Shown here one piece after another: positions 1-12,000 of a stretch of 64,000 nt of DNA. The position numbers and the translations under genes were made by a program. Origin of the DNA: an uncultured Clostridia bacterium (GTDB taxonomy: Bacteria > Bacillota > Clostridia > TANB77 > CAG-508); NCBI GenBank assembly GCA_934167685.1, contig CAKPLQ010000002.1, positions 18,352 through 82,351 on the forward strand, given 5' to 3'. Below the pieces are notes generated by a model. It worked only from the letters and a program-made list of their open reading frames with translations. It did no database searches and was not told the DNA's origin. The first letter of the stretch is position 1, and every line of letters starts with the position of its first letter.

Positions 1-3000
1 TACGTAAAACCAGAATTCACATACAATAAAATGGATACAACAATAGTACATGGAAATGGCGAGAAAGTAGAAGTAACATTTGACGTAACAGATAAGTACT
101 TTGACAAAACAACATTAACCAAAACAGATGGCACATATGATGCAAGCCAGATAACAGTAAGTATTGATGATTATGATGTAACAGCATTAAATAAATCAAT
201 CAAAAAAGAATTGACTAAGGTTGAAGATATAACAGCAACAGTAAATGGCGAAGAGCGTAAGGTTGGAGAAAGATACCAATTAACAATCACAGGATTAGAC
301 CAAAAAGATGAAAATGGAGTTGGAGACGGTTTTAAATATAGTGGATATATGACATTATTATTTAAAGCCGGAGCAATCTCCGATAAATCTGGAAATACAA
401 GTGATGCAACATCAATAACAATAGGAAGAAATGAGCCAGGAGGTTCAGATAGCGATAAAGAAATAGTTGATGTAGTAGACCCAGTATGGTCAGTAAGTAA
501 TGCTGATACAACAGAAGGAACAATTAAACTAAGAGTATCAGATAAATTCTTGATAAAAGATAAGAGTACATTTAAGTTGACAGCTGATGATATTACAGTA
601 TTAACAAACGGAGTAGCTTCAACAGAAATAACAAAACAATTAACAGGTCCAGAGGAGATTGTTGCAGACCAAGTTTACGAATATACATTAAAGCTTGGAA
701 ATATAACTCCAGAAATTGAAGGCTATACAGAATTTACGCCTACAGAGCCAATAGTTGGTGGAACTGCTAAGTACAAAAACGAAAATGGTGGAAACATCGA
801 CATCAAGATTTCTGCAGGAACAGTAATAGATGCGTACACTAATGCAACAAATGAGCAAACACTAGCAATTGGTAATATCGACGGAACAGGACCAGAGGTG
901 TACTTGGTACAAAAAACACAAGATGCAGACGCAAGTAAAGATACAATTATATTTAACGTAACTGATAAAAACTATAACCCAGAAGACCCAGTAACACTTG
1001 ATGAAATTTCAATATGGGTTGATGGAAAACAAGTTGATGACGAAATTACAAAAACTATATTAAGTACAGTTCCAATCAAAGCAATGATTGACGGAAGCGA
1101 GAGAACAGTAGGTCATCAATATACAGTAGAAATTGCTGATATTGTTGAAACTGATGAGGAGTTTGTGGCTACAGGCAAAGCATACAGAGAGCTAAGTGGT
1201 ACTTTAGAACTTAGAATAAAAGCAGAAGCTTCTAGAGATATTGCAGGAAATACAATAAATCCAGCAACAACAACACTTTCTGATTTTGTTGATTATATAA
1301 AACCAGAGGCTAGATATAAATATAGCGAATCAGATATAGATTACAATGGTAAGACATTCAAAATGGAATTTGATATTGCTGATAAATATCTAAATACAAT
1401 CAATTTGCCACTTGAAAACTTGAATATCTTAATTGATGGCGAAGAACCAAATTGGGATAACACAGGAGTCCACGGAGTGGTTAAAGAGCTAGAGTCAACT
1501 GACATAACAGCTATTATTAATGGAAAAACTAAAGTAGTTGGCAAACATTATACTTTAACATTATCTCATCTAGAACAATTGGAAAAACTTGCAGGAAAAG
1601 ATACTATGGATTACAGTGGTGTAATTACAGTTGCAATTCCAGCAAATGTAGCAGTTGATACTTCTACAAAAGGTAATGATGCTACAACTATTACTTCTGG
1701 TATTGATATTTTAAGCGGGAATGTTAATACTGAGGCAAAAGTTGTTGACGTGGTTGACCCAATCTGGGAGAGAGTTAGCTCAACAGCTAGCGCAGCTAAC
1801 CAAACAGCTACAATTACTGTTAAAGGTACTGATAAATACTTTAAGAGCAGTAGCTTAACTGCTGATAAGATTAAGGTTCTTGTTAATGGAGCTGAGGTTT
1901 CTACTAATGTTAATGTAGAAGTTGGTTCTCAAGTTACTGATGTAATGTCTTCTGGCGGAAAGTCTAAAATTGGTGAACAATACACTGTTAAAGTTAGTGG
2001 AACTGGCTTACCTAAAGATGCTAATCAAATTAAAATTCAAATTCAGCCTAATACTTTACTTGATAATTCTAATAATACTAATAAGGCTACGGATTTGGTA
2101 GTATATAATACTTTAAAGAATACTGCTAATGAAAATAGGTCAGACAGTGGATTTTTAGGAAGTGCAAATAGTACAAATGCAAATGTAAAAGCAATTCAAA
2201 GAGCTAAAATTGATAATGTAACATTTGTAAATGAGATACCTTCTACAGTGTTCGACAAATCAGCTAAAAAGATTGTTGATGAAAACAATACTTGGGATGT
2301 ATCTGCACAACAAGATGAATCTATATTAGCTTGGTATGAAACAAATGCTAATGGAAGCTTAAAAGTTTATATTGGTAGTGATTACGAGATATTTGGAAAT
2401 TATGATTCAAGTCATTTGTTTGGATATGTTGGAAATACAAGTATATGTACTTCTACAGAAACAATAACAAATATAAACTTATTGAATGTAAGCAGTGTAC
2501 AAAGTATGTATGCAATGTTTGATGGAACTGGTTGGTATTCAATGACCAAATTAGATTTAGGAGATAATTTTGACACAAGTAATGTAACAAATATGAATTC
2601 TATGTTCTGGGCAACCGGAAGAAATGCAATGACAACATTAAATTTAGGAAGTAAATTTGATACAAGTAATGTAACCAATATGGGGAGTATGTTCTACTAT
2701 ACAGGATATAATAAATTAACTGAATTAGATTTAGGCAGTAAGTTTAATACAAGTAATGTAACTAGCATGGTTCATATGTTTGAAAAACTTGGACATGAAT
2801 CAATGGAAACTTTAAATTTAGGAGATAAATTTGATACAACTAAAGTTACCGATATGAATAGTATGTTTAATGAAACTGGTCAAAAGAAATTAAATAACTT
2901 GGAATTAGGTGATAAGTTTGATACAAGAAATGTAACAGATATGGTTAGTATGTTTAAGTGGATACCTTTAAAACAACTAGATTTAAAGGATAAGTTTAAT

Positions 3001-6000
3001 ACAAGTAAAGTAACTGATATGAGGGATATGTTTAGAGGGTTAGGAAGCAATGAAATGGCATTGTTAGATTTGGGAGACAAATTTTATACAACTAATGTTA
3101 CAGATATGACAGAAATGTTCTCATATATCAAAACTGATGTATTAGATTTGGGACCAGCATTTACTAAAATTGCTGATACAAATACAGATATGTTTGATGG
3201 TGTTAGTACTAAATTAAATACAATTTACGCATCAGAACAAATTTATCTAGACAAAAATAACTTTAAGTTAAACACAGATGCAACCGAATCTGCGGTAGAA
3301 TACACAAGAGGAACAATAAATCCAAAATACAGAACAGAATGGGCAAAAGAAAGTTCAAAAATCACAATAGACAGCACAGACCTAAACAAGAGCACTATAT
3401 CAATCACATTAAGAGGAAGGACAAATGCAGAAGCGGGAGTAGACTTCACAAGTGATGTAGCAAGCACATTAACAGCAGACAAGATACATGTATACTTTGA
3501 TGGAGAAGAAGCATCAAGTGTAACAAAAGCAATTGGAGCAGTAAGCACAGCAAAGAATGCAATAACAGGAGCAAATGATGTAATACAAGTATTAACATTA
3601 TCAGACTTCGAGCAAGCATTAAGACAACAAGGAAAAGAATACAAAGAGTGGAGTGGACACATTTCGCTAAAAATCGACAAAAAGACCTTAAAAGACACAA
3701 CATATAGCAACCAAAACTTACAAGCAATAGACACAACGGGAGAGATGCTAGACATAGTATTAAAAGAAACAGACGAAGTTGAGAATAAAACAAACTCAAA
3801 CACAGATGGCACAATGTTTACAGACTACATAAGACCAGAGTTCACATATGAATACTCAGATACAGAAATAAATTATACAGACAAAAACGTAAAAGTAGTA
3901 TTTTCTGCAACAGATAAATACTTTGAACAATCAGGAGTATCATTAGACAACATGGAATTATTGGTAGATGGAGTTGAACCAGACTGGACAAAAGTAGAAA
4001 AAACATTAAAGAAAAAGACATTAGATGAAGACATAACAGATGGAACAACAATATACAAAGCAAATGGAGACATTTATACAATAGTAAATGGCAAAGAGCA
4101 AAAAATTGGCGAAAGATATGAGCTAAAAATAGACAAATTAGAAACCAAAAATGCAGAAGGATACAGTGGTCCATTAACAATAGCATTTAAAGAAAACATA
4201 ATAACAGATAAATCTGGAAATGGAAACTTTGCAAAAACAATTACAATAGGTATAGATGACCCAGGACATCACGAAGACCATAAAGACCCAGTAATAGTCG
4301 ACGTAGTAAATCCACAATGGAGCTATGGAACAAGTGCAATAAACAGAATAAGAGATGGAGAGCAAGCAGATACAGTAACACTTACAATAATAGGTAGTGA
4401 TAAGTATTATAGCTCAAACTCATTAACAGAAGACAAAATTAAAGTATATGTAGATGACAATCTAGAAAGTTCAATAACAAAACAATTAACACAAATAACA
4501 GATACATCTATATTAAAAACTTTAGCAACAAAACAGAAATTAGCAGATGTAGACAATCTAAAATTTGTTGGATATAAATTAACACTAGGCAACTTCAACA
4601 AAATAAATGGAGTTACAAAAATCGTAATAGATGCAGGAACAATACAAGATGAGAGTGGAAACAAAAACATAGAAACCACAATATTTGTAGGAAATCCAGA
4701 ATGGGTAGAAAGTGGAGATAGTACTACAAACCCAATTTACCCAGCATTTAGAGATAGCATAGTAGACTTTAATAGTCCAACAATTAAATACACATATTCA
4801 ACAGTAGAAGGAACACAAAATCCAGAAATTGATTATGTAGCAAAAACATTAACAGTTAAATTTACTGTAACAGATAAATATATTAGAGATGACTCAATAA
4901 TGAATGCAGATGGAAGCTTAAATTCAGATAATATACGAATCAAAGTTGCAGGAACAGACTTAACTGAACAATTACACACAACTGTAAAATCTAAAGCAAT
5001 AGACGAAGGAACAGAATATACATTTGTAGTATCAAACTTCGAGTTAGTATATAACGAAGCAGAAAAATACAAAGACTATAGTGGTGCAGTGGATTTCGTA
5101 TTCTCAGCAGACAAAGTTGATGATACATCTGGAAACAAAAACAAAGCAACAACTATAACATTAGATTATGATGATGGTGATGATACAGATAACTCAATAA
5201 TAGTCGATGTAATAGACCCAGTAATAGAAAAAACAGAGGACAATTTAAGTAAACTAAATGTAAGCAATGGAATTGACAGAGACCTAACAAACGAAACTGG
5301 TACAGTATCTGTAAGAATTCAAGCAACAGATAAATACTTAGATAGAGGAATTTTACAAGATGCAGAAAATGTTGCAAAAATAAAAGTAAAGGTTGTAAAA
5401 CCTGATGGAGAAACAGTATATCCAGACACAATAACAAAACAAGTTTCTCAAATAAGCAAACAAGCAACTTCAATTACATATCAGATAACCTTAGGAAACT
5501 TTGGCGAAAATGAAGGTGTAACAAGTGTTATTATTCCAGAAGGAGTAATACTAGACAAATATGGAAATACAAACAGAGAGACCGAAGTTTTAGTTGGAAA
5601 TTCAACTTGGACAGAGTCTGGAGATGCTAATGGAGAATATACCGCATTCAGAGAAAGTATTGTAGACTTTACAAGACCTGTTTGGGAATATTCAACAAGT
5701 AGCATAACCAGAGATAGAGCTGGCGAAACAGGAACAGTAACAATTAAAATTTTAGGTAGAGATAAGTATTATCTAAAAGATACATTAACAGAAAAGAATG
5801 TGTCAGTATATGTCGAAAATTCTGCAAACCCAGACAAACCAATAAGTACAATTACTAAAACATTAACAAAGATAACAGACACTGCAGAATTAAATGGAGC
5901 AGATACAGGATATATCTTAACCTTAGGCAACTTTGGCACATATGACGGAGCTGTTAAGATTACACTTTCTGATAATACAATTAGGGATACTTCTGGAAAT

Positions 6001-9000
6001 GGAAATATAATAACCGAAATTCCAGTAGGAAATCCAAATTGGGTTGAAACTGACATTAGCGATAGTGCTGATAATCCTAAATATACAGCATTTAGAAACA
6101 ATATTGTAGACTTTATAAAACCAACAATTAAATATCAATATTCAGAAAATGCTAATCCAGTAATAGACCGAGAAAACAAACAAGTAAAAATTACATTTGA
6201 CGCAGTTGATACAAACTTCTTAGAAAGTAACATATTATCTGTAGATGATATTAAACAAATACTTGTTGATGATTATGATGTAACAGAAACTATAACTAAA
6301 GAATTAACAAAATCTGATATTACAGATGGTTCTGGAAATGGAATTAGATATACATTAACATTATCTAATTTCGAGCTAAATAGTAATTTAGAAGATGAAA
6401 TTTTCAGAAGACATAGTGGTAAAATAGAATTTGTAATTGCAGAAGGAATGGTTAAAGATACATCTGGAAATACGAACATTGAAACAAAAATAATAGTTGA
6501 TAATGACAATGGTGACGACAAAGATAATTATATAAGAGCAGACTTTATTAAACCTAAATTATTCTACAAAGATAAATTTATTAGTTGGGCCAAAAGATAT
6601 GCAACGGTTACAATTTCTGGTACAGATAGATTTTACAATTTTGATACTACATTAACTGCTGATGATATCTTAATTTATCAATTAAATAGAGACGGACAAT
6701 ATATACAAAGAACTGATTTACCAGTTACAGTAACACCTGTAAAAACAAAATATGGTTATGATTTTGTGGTTAGATTAGATGAGTTCGAAGAAGAGTTTAA
6801 ACAGCTTAAATTTACTATTCCAGCAGGAAAGATTAGTGATTTAGATGGAAACCTAAATGACGAAACAGACATTATAGTAGACCTAGATAATAAGAAGCCC
6901 GTTTGGAAATATGTAGATACTGATACTTCTGCATTCTCATCAGATGGTAAGATTACTTTTGATGTTAAAGGTCAAGATACTTTCTTAGATTTAGAAAATA
7001 GTAATTTAACATCAAGTGATATAAAAATCCTAAAAGATGGTACAGACATTACTGCTTCATCAAGCATTACTGTTACAAATACAGGCTCTGATGAGGCAGA
7101 GGTCTCTAAATCTTATAAAATTGAGGTTACTAACTTAAATGATATTGGTATTTACTCTTTAGTAATTGCAAAAGATACTTTAATTGATGAGTTTAGCAAC
7201 AAGAGTGCTACAACTACAATTAGTTTTTCTCAATCTGCTATAAATAGTAATACAGATAATTATAAGATGATTACTTATCATGTAACACCAGATTTTAAAG
7301 AAACACATCAAGCTTATGTTCACGAATTGATGAGTATAAATAGGTCTGGTACAAATGCAGAAAGTACAACATACCAAGCAAGTTCAATTGGAGAAATTTA
7401 TGGTAATGGAGAAAATACATTATTTGCAGAACCATTTACGTATGAGAATGGAGTTCAAAAAGCATACAGCTTCAAAGGCTGGGCGGTAGCTAATGAAAAA
7501 GGATTCTCTGCTGATGATGCTACAATTTATAATTTATACGAAGAAATACCAAATACAGTAACACACCTAAATGCTGTATGGCAAGAGGCAACTGTAATCT
7601 TTGTATCTAATAAGGGCAATAATTCTAATGATGGTAAATCTCCTACATCTCCAGTTAAAGATTTGCAAACTGCATATTCTAAGTTGGATGCAGATGGAAA
7701 AGATTCAACAAATATTGTTGTAATTATGGATGCAATTGAATGGAATAGTAGTGATACTTTAACAGGCAATGCTACAATTACAAGCTTATATGCAGGTGTA
7801 GATTATAGAACACAAGGTGCAGAATTAAAGGTTTCTTCTAATATAAATGTAAATGGAGATATAATCTTTGATAATATTAAATTGTATTCTTCTTCTTCAA
7901 CTGTTAACGATGGTAGCGATTATCTTGCTAATGGCGATTATTCTAATGTATTAGTTACTAATTATGGTGATGTAATTCTTGGTAGAGGTATTTCTACACC
8001 AGATGATAAATATACATTTGGAGCTGTTGTTGGTGGAAATTATAAAGAGGAAACTACTAAAAATACAATTGGTCTTCATATTTTCATAGTTGAGGCTGGT
8101 AGATATAATGACCTTATTGTTGGTAGTAGCTTAAGTAACCAAACAACAAATAGAAAATATGTTACTCATCAAATTATAATTGGTACTATGAAAGAGGCTG
8201 TAATACAACACCAGACTGCAATACAGACAAGAGGAGCTAGAAAAACTTATGCAGGAAATCCAGAAATTACAGGATATTTAGCTATGGGAGAAGTAGAAGA
8301 TAGATGTTACCCATATAATCGCGATGGTGCACAAGATACTACATTAGGTTATTCAAGATATTATGCAATAACTAGATTATACAGTGGAACATTTACAGGT
8401 GATAATTCGTTTAATAAAGCAGACGAAAATGCAAGTATATATCTAAGGTCTATAAACGGATTTAATGATGGTATAATTAAATTAGATATGTATTATGGAT
8501 TGGTAAACGGAAATATTTATGGTGGTTCTAGAATGGCAACTACTAAGGATAAGAATGATGCAGGACAACCAGATGTTAATATACTAAACTTCTATGGAGG
8601 ATATGCTTATGGAAATGTATTTGGACATGGAGATAATGATACATCAACAGGAAACTCTGTAATTACGGCAACAGGAGAAGCTAATGTTGGTGGAGGTATA
8701 TTTGGAGGTTCAAATGCAACTACAGTGGCTCAAGGAAAAATTACAGGAAATACAAATATTGTTGTAGAAGGAAGCGCAAGTGTTCAACAAATTTATGGTG
8801 GAAGTTTGGGAGTAATAGACGGTACAAATATTAATACTAATACAGGTCTAATCACAGGTGATACTAATATAACATTTAGTTCATTGATGGGAACTAATGC
8901 GATATATGGCGGTGGTTATAACTGTGGTGTTAGAGGAAGTTCTAATATTAATTATGAAGTCGGAAAGACTAATACTATTTATGGTGGAGCTTATCAAAAT

Positions 9001-12000
9001 CAAGTACAAACTGCTACAAACATTAATATATATAGCGGAGAAGTAAATGATGTATCTGGTGGAAATGAATTAACTACTCAAAACCAATTAAATACAGATA
9101 ATGCAAGTCAAAATACTAATATAGTAATTGGAGAGGCTGATAAAAATACAACTCCAACAATTACTGGAACAATATATGGTGGTGGTAAATATGACAGAGT
9201 AGGAACTACAGAAATAAGATTAGTAAAAACTGCAAAAATATTAGGTGCTGTGTATGGTGGTTCAGATTCTGCAGGTATCACAAATGAGGCTAACATCTAC
9301 TTAAATGGTATTACTGCAAACACAATATATGGTGGACCAAAAACTGATGGATTTGTTACAAATTCTAATATTTACTTACAAGTAGGAACTGTAACAGATG
9401 TTTACGGTGGAGGTTATGGTGGTACAACTACAACTTCTAATGTAAATGTTGATGGAACTTCTAAAGTTACAAATGTATTTGGAGGTTCAAATACAAATGG
9501 AACTGTAGAAAATTCTAATGTTGAATTAAAAACTGGTACTTTAAACAATGTTTATGGTGGTGGAAATTCAGCAAGTGTTGGTACTGCTAATGTGAATTTA
9601 GATGGTATGAAAATTGACTCAATCCATGGTGGATCAAAAACAGCTGGAGTATCTGGAACTACAAATGTAGTATTAAATTCTGGAAATGTAACAGATGTTT
9701 ATGGTGGAGGCTATGATGTTGGTGCTACAAATGCAAATGTAACTCAAAAAGGAGCTTCAGTAACTAATATTTATGGTGGTAACGAAGGTGGCTCTGGCGA
9801 TGGAGGAGAAACTACAGATGCAACTGTAAATATTGTTAATTCAAATGCTACTAATGTTTATGGCGGAAATAAAGATAAAGGAATTACTAGATATACAACT
9901 ATCAATATTTCTGGAAACTCTACAATATATAATCAATTATTTGGTGGAGGCTATAAAACTGATATTGGTAAATCTGGAGCAGAAGGCTCTACAACAATTA
10001 ATATTGCTGGAGGAAATATATTGCCTGAAGTTTACGGAGGTTCAAATAATGGAGTAGTATATGGAAACACAAATATTAATATTGGTAAAGATGCAGTAAC
10101 AGACCAGACTTTAACTGCTAGAGCAATAAACTTAAAAGCTAATATATTTGGAGCAGGTACTGTAGTAACAACAGATTATAGCGAAACTACTGTGAATGGT
10201 GAAACACATATTACTTTAGATAATAGTGCAGAATCTCCTATAACATTTAGTGGAAGTATTTATGGAAGTGGAAATGGAAATAATTATACTCCAAAAAGTG
10301 CAAAAGATGGTTCAACAATAAAAATTAAAGACTTTGGAAGTTCAGCTAAAACTCATATAATGAAATCAATTGAAAGAACTGGCAAATTGTGTATTCAAGA
10401 TTCATATTTAGAGTTGGAAGGTTCTCGAGACAAATATAATTATTATAAAAATACAAGCTATACTTTAAATAGAATTACAAATGGATTAACTTTACTTGAT
10501 AATTCAACACTATATACTCAGAGAGGGTTCAACATGGTTGGTGGATTCGAGAGTTTGGTTACTACAGAAGAGAATACAACAACTAAAGCAACTGCAACTA
10601 TTGCAGATGGTGTAGTAACAAGAAATGTAGATAATAGATTATATACATATGAGGGTATAAACCTAATCTTTGCAAAAGAAGAAGGAGATTTAGCTAATAA
10701 AGCAGGTCAAGACATTTGGGGAGATGTAAGTGGTATGGCATTTTTCGGAATGTATAGAACAAGCCGTACTACAGAAAACAAAGAATATGACATTTATGCA
10801 CCAAATTATGCAGGAACAGCTACAACTAATATGTTTGCAAATGGTACATATGTGGAAGGACGACACAAAGCAAATCATAACATTAATGTGGATGGTTTCT
10901 ATACAAATGTTAAAACAGATAGCGGAAAAGCTGAGCCACAAGTAATTGATGTTACAGATAATGGAACATATTATGATTGGATAGTAGGGGCTGAAATTGT
11001 AAATTATAATACTTCTTTAATTGCTTCAACTTATTCATCAGATTCAATGGCAGAATTATCACTTAACTTTAAAAAATTTGTTAAAGATGTTTCTTATAGT
11101 GGCACAACAATTTCTGTTGATAGAGTTAGTACTAATGCATTTAGTGTTAAAGCGCAGTTAATGAACAAATTGAATATACCAACATATGCGGATTCTAGTG
11201 AAAAGGCAAATTATCAGTTTGGTTTAACAATGCAAACAACAAACTCTGGTTGGATAACTAAAGGAATTACAAACTTGTATACAGATAACAATGGTTCATT
11301 TGATGGAGATACTGTTTATAAAACTGATAATTCTGGTGAACCAGGAAATATAATATTTAAATTATATAATTCTGTTAATGTTTCAACTAATGAGGATTTA
11401 GGAAATATGAATATTGTATTAACAGGAAAATCCAAAACAGGAGAAGATGCTACTGCTGGCAAAGTATTTAAGATAGTAATAGCAGTCAATATTCAAACAA
11501 GAGTTGAAGAGTTGAATAGTGATTATGCAGCAAGTTATGTACCAAGATTTACAGATAGTATAAAAACAGAATTAAATTACACAACAGATAGCTCTGTAGA
11601 TATTACATATGTACTATTGGAGAATTCTCTACAAGAAAATATATATACAACAGGAGATTATAGAGTATTATCAACTACAAGTCCATTACCAAAAGGAACT
11701 AAATTAACATTAAGAGATTTTGGACAAGGTGATGATTTAAATAAAGTTTATTATTATCAAATTGCTAGTGATACAGATTATGATGCAACAGATAATTCTA
11801 CGGGAAATACTAGATATTTGTATAAATTGTCTAAATTTATAGATATGGGTGGTACAAGTTCAAGTGGTAAATATGAAGACAATAATGACCAATATTACCA
11901 TAGTGGAACAGGTTATGCAATGGAAAAATACGAGCTTTCTATAGATTATATGGATACAGGTTTAAATACAAGTAAACTAGCACAAGAAACATATTTAGAA

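Noticed and set aside
2412-12000. Many 60-190-aa minus-strand ORFs inside the giant gene (for example 3243-3812, 3446-3814, 3842-4186, 5153-5473, 5769-6101).
   Set aside because: - They lie antisense to a 13-kb uninterrupted sense ORF with clear repeat and domain structure.
- Their translations are low-complexity (L/F/S/C/I-rich) with no RBS context.
- They are typical spurious ORFs in AT-rich DNA.
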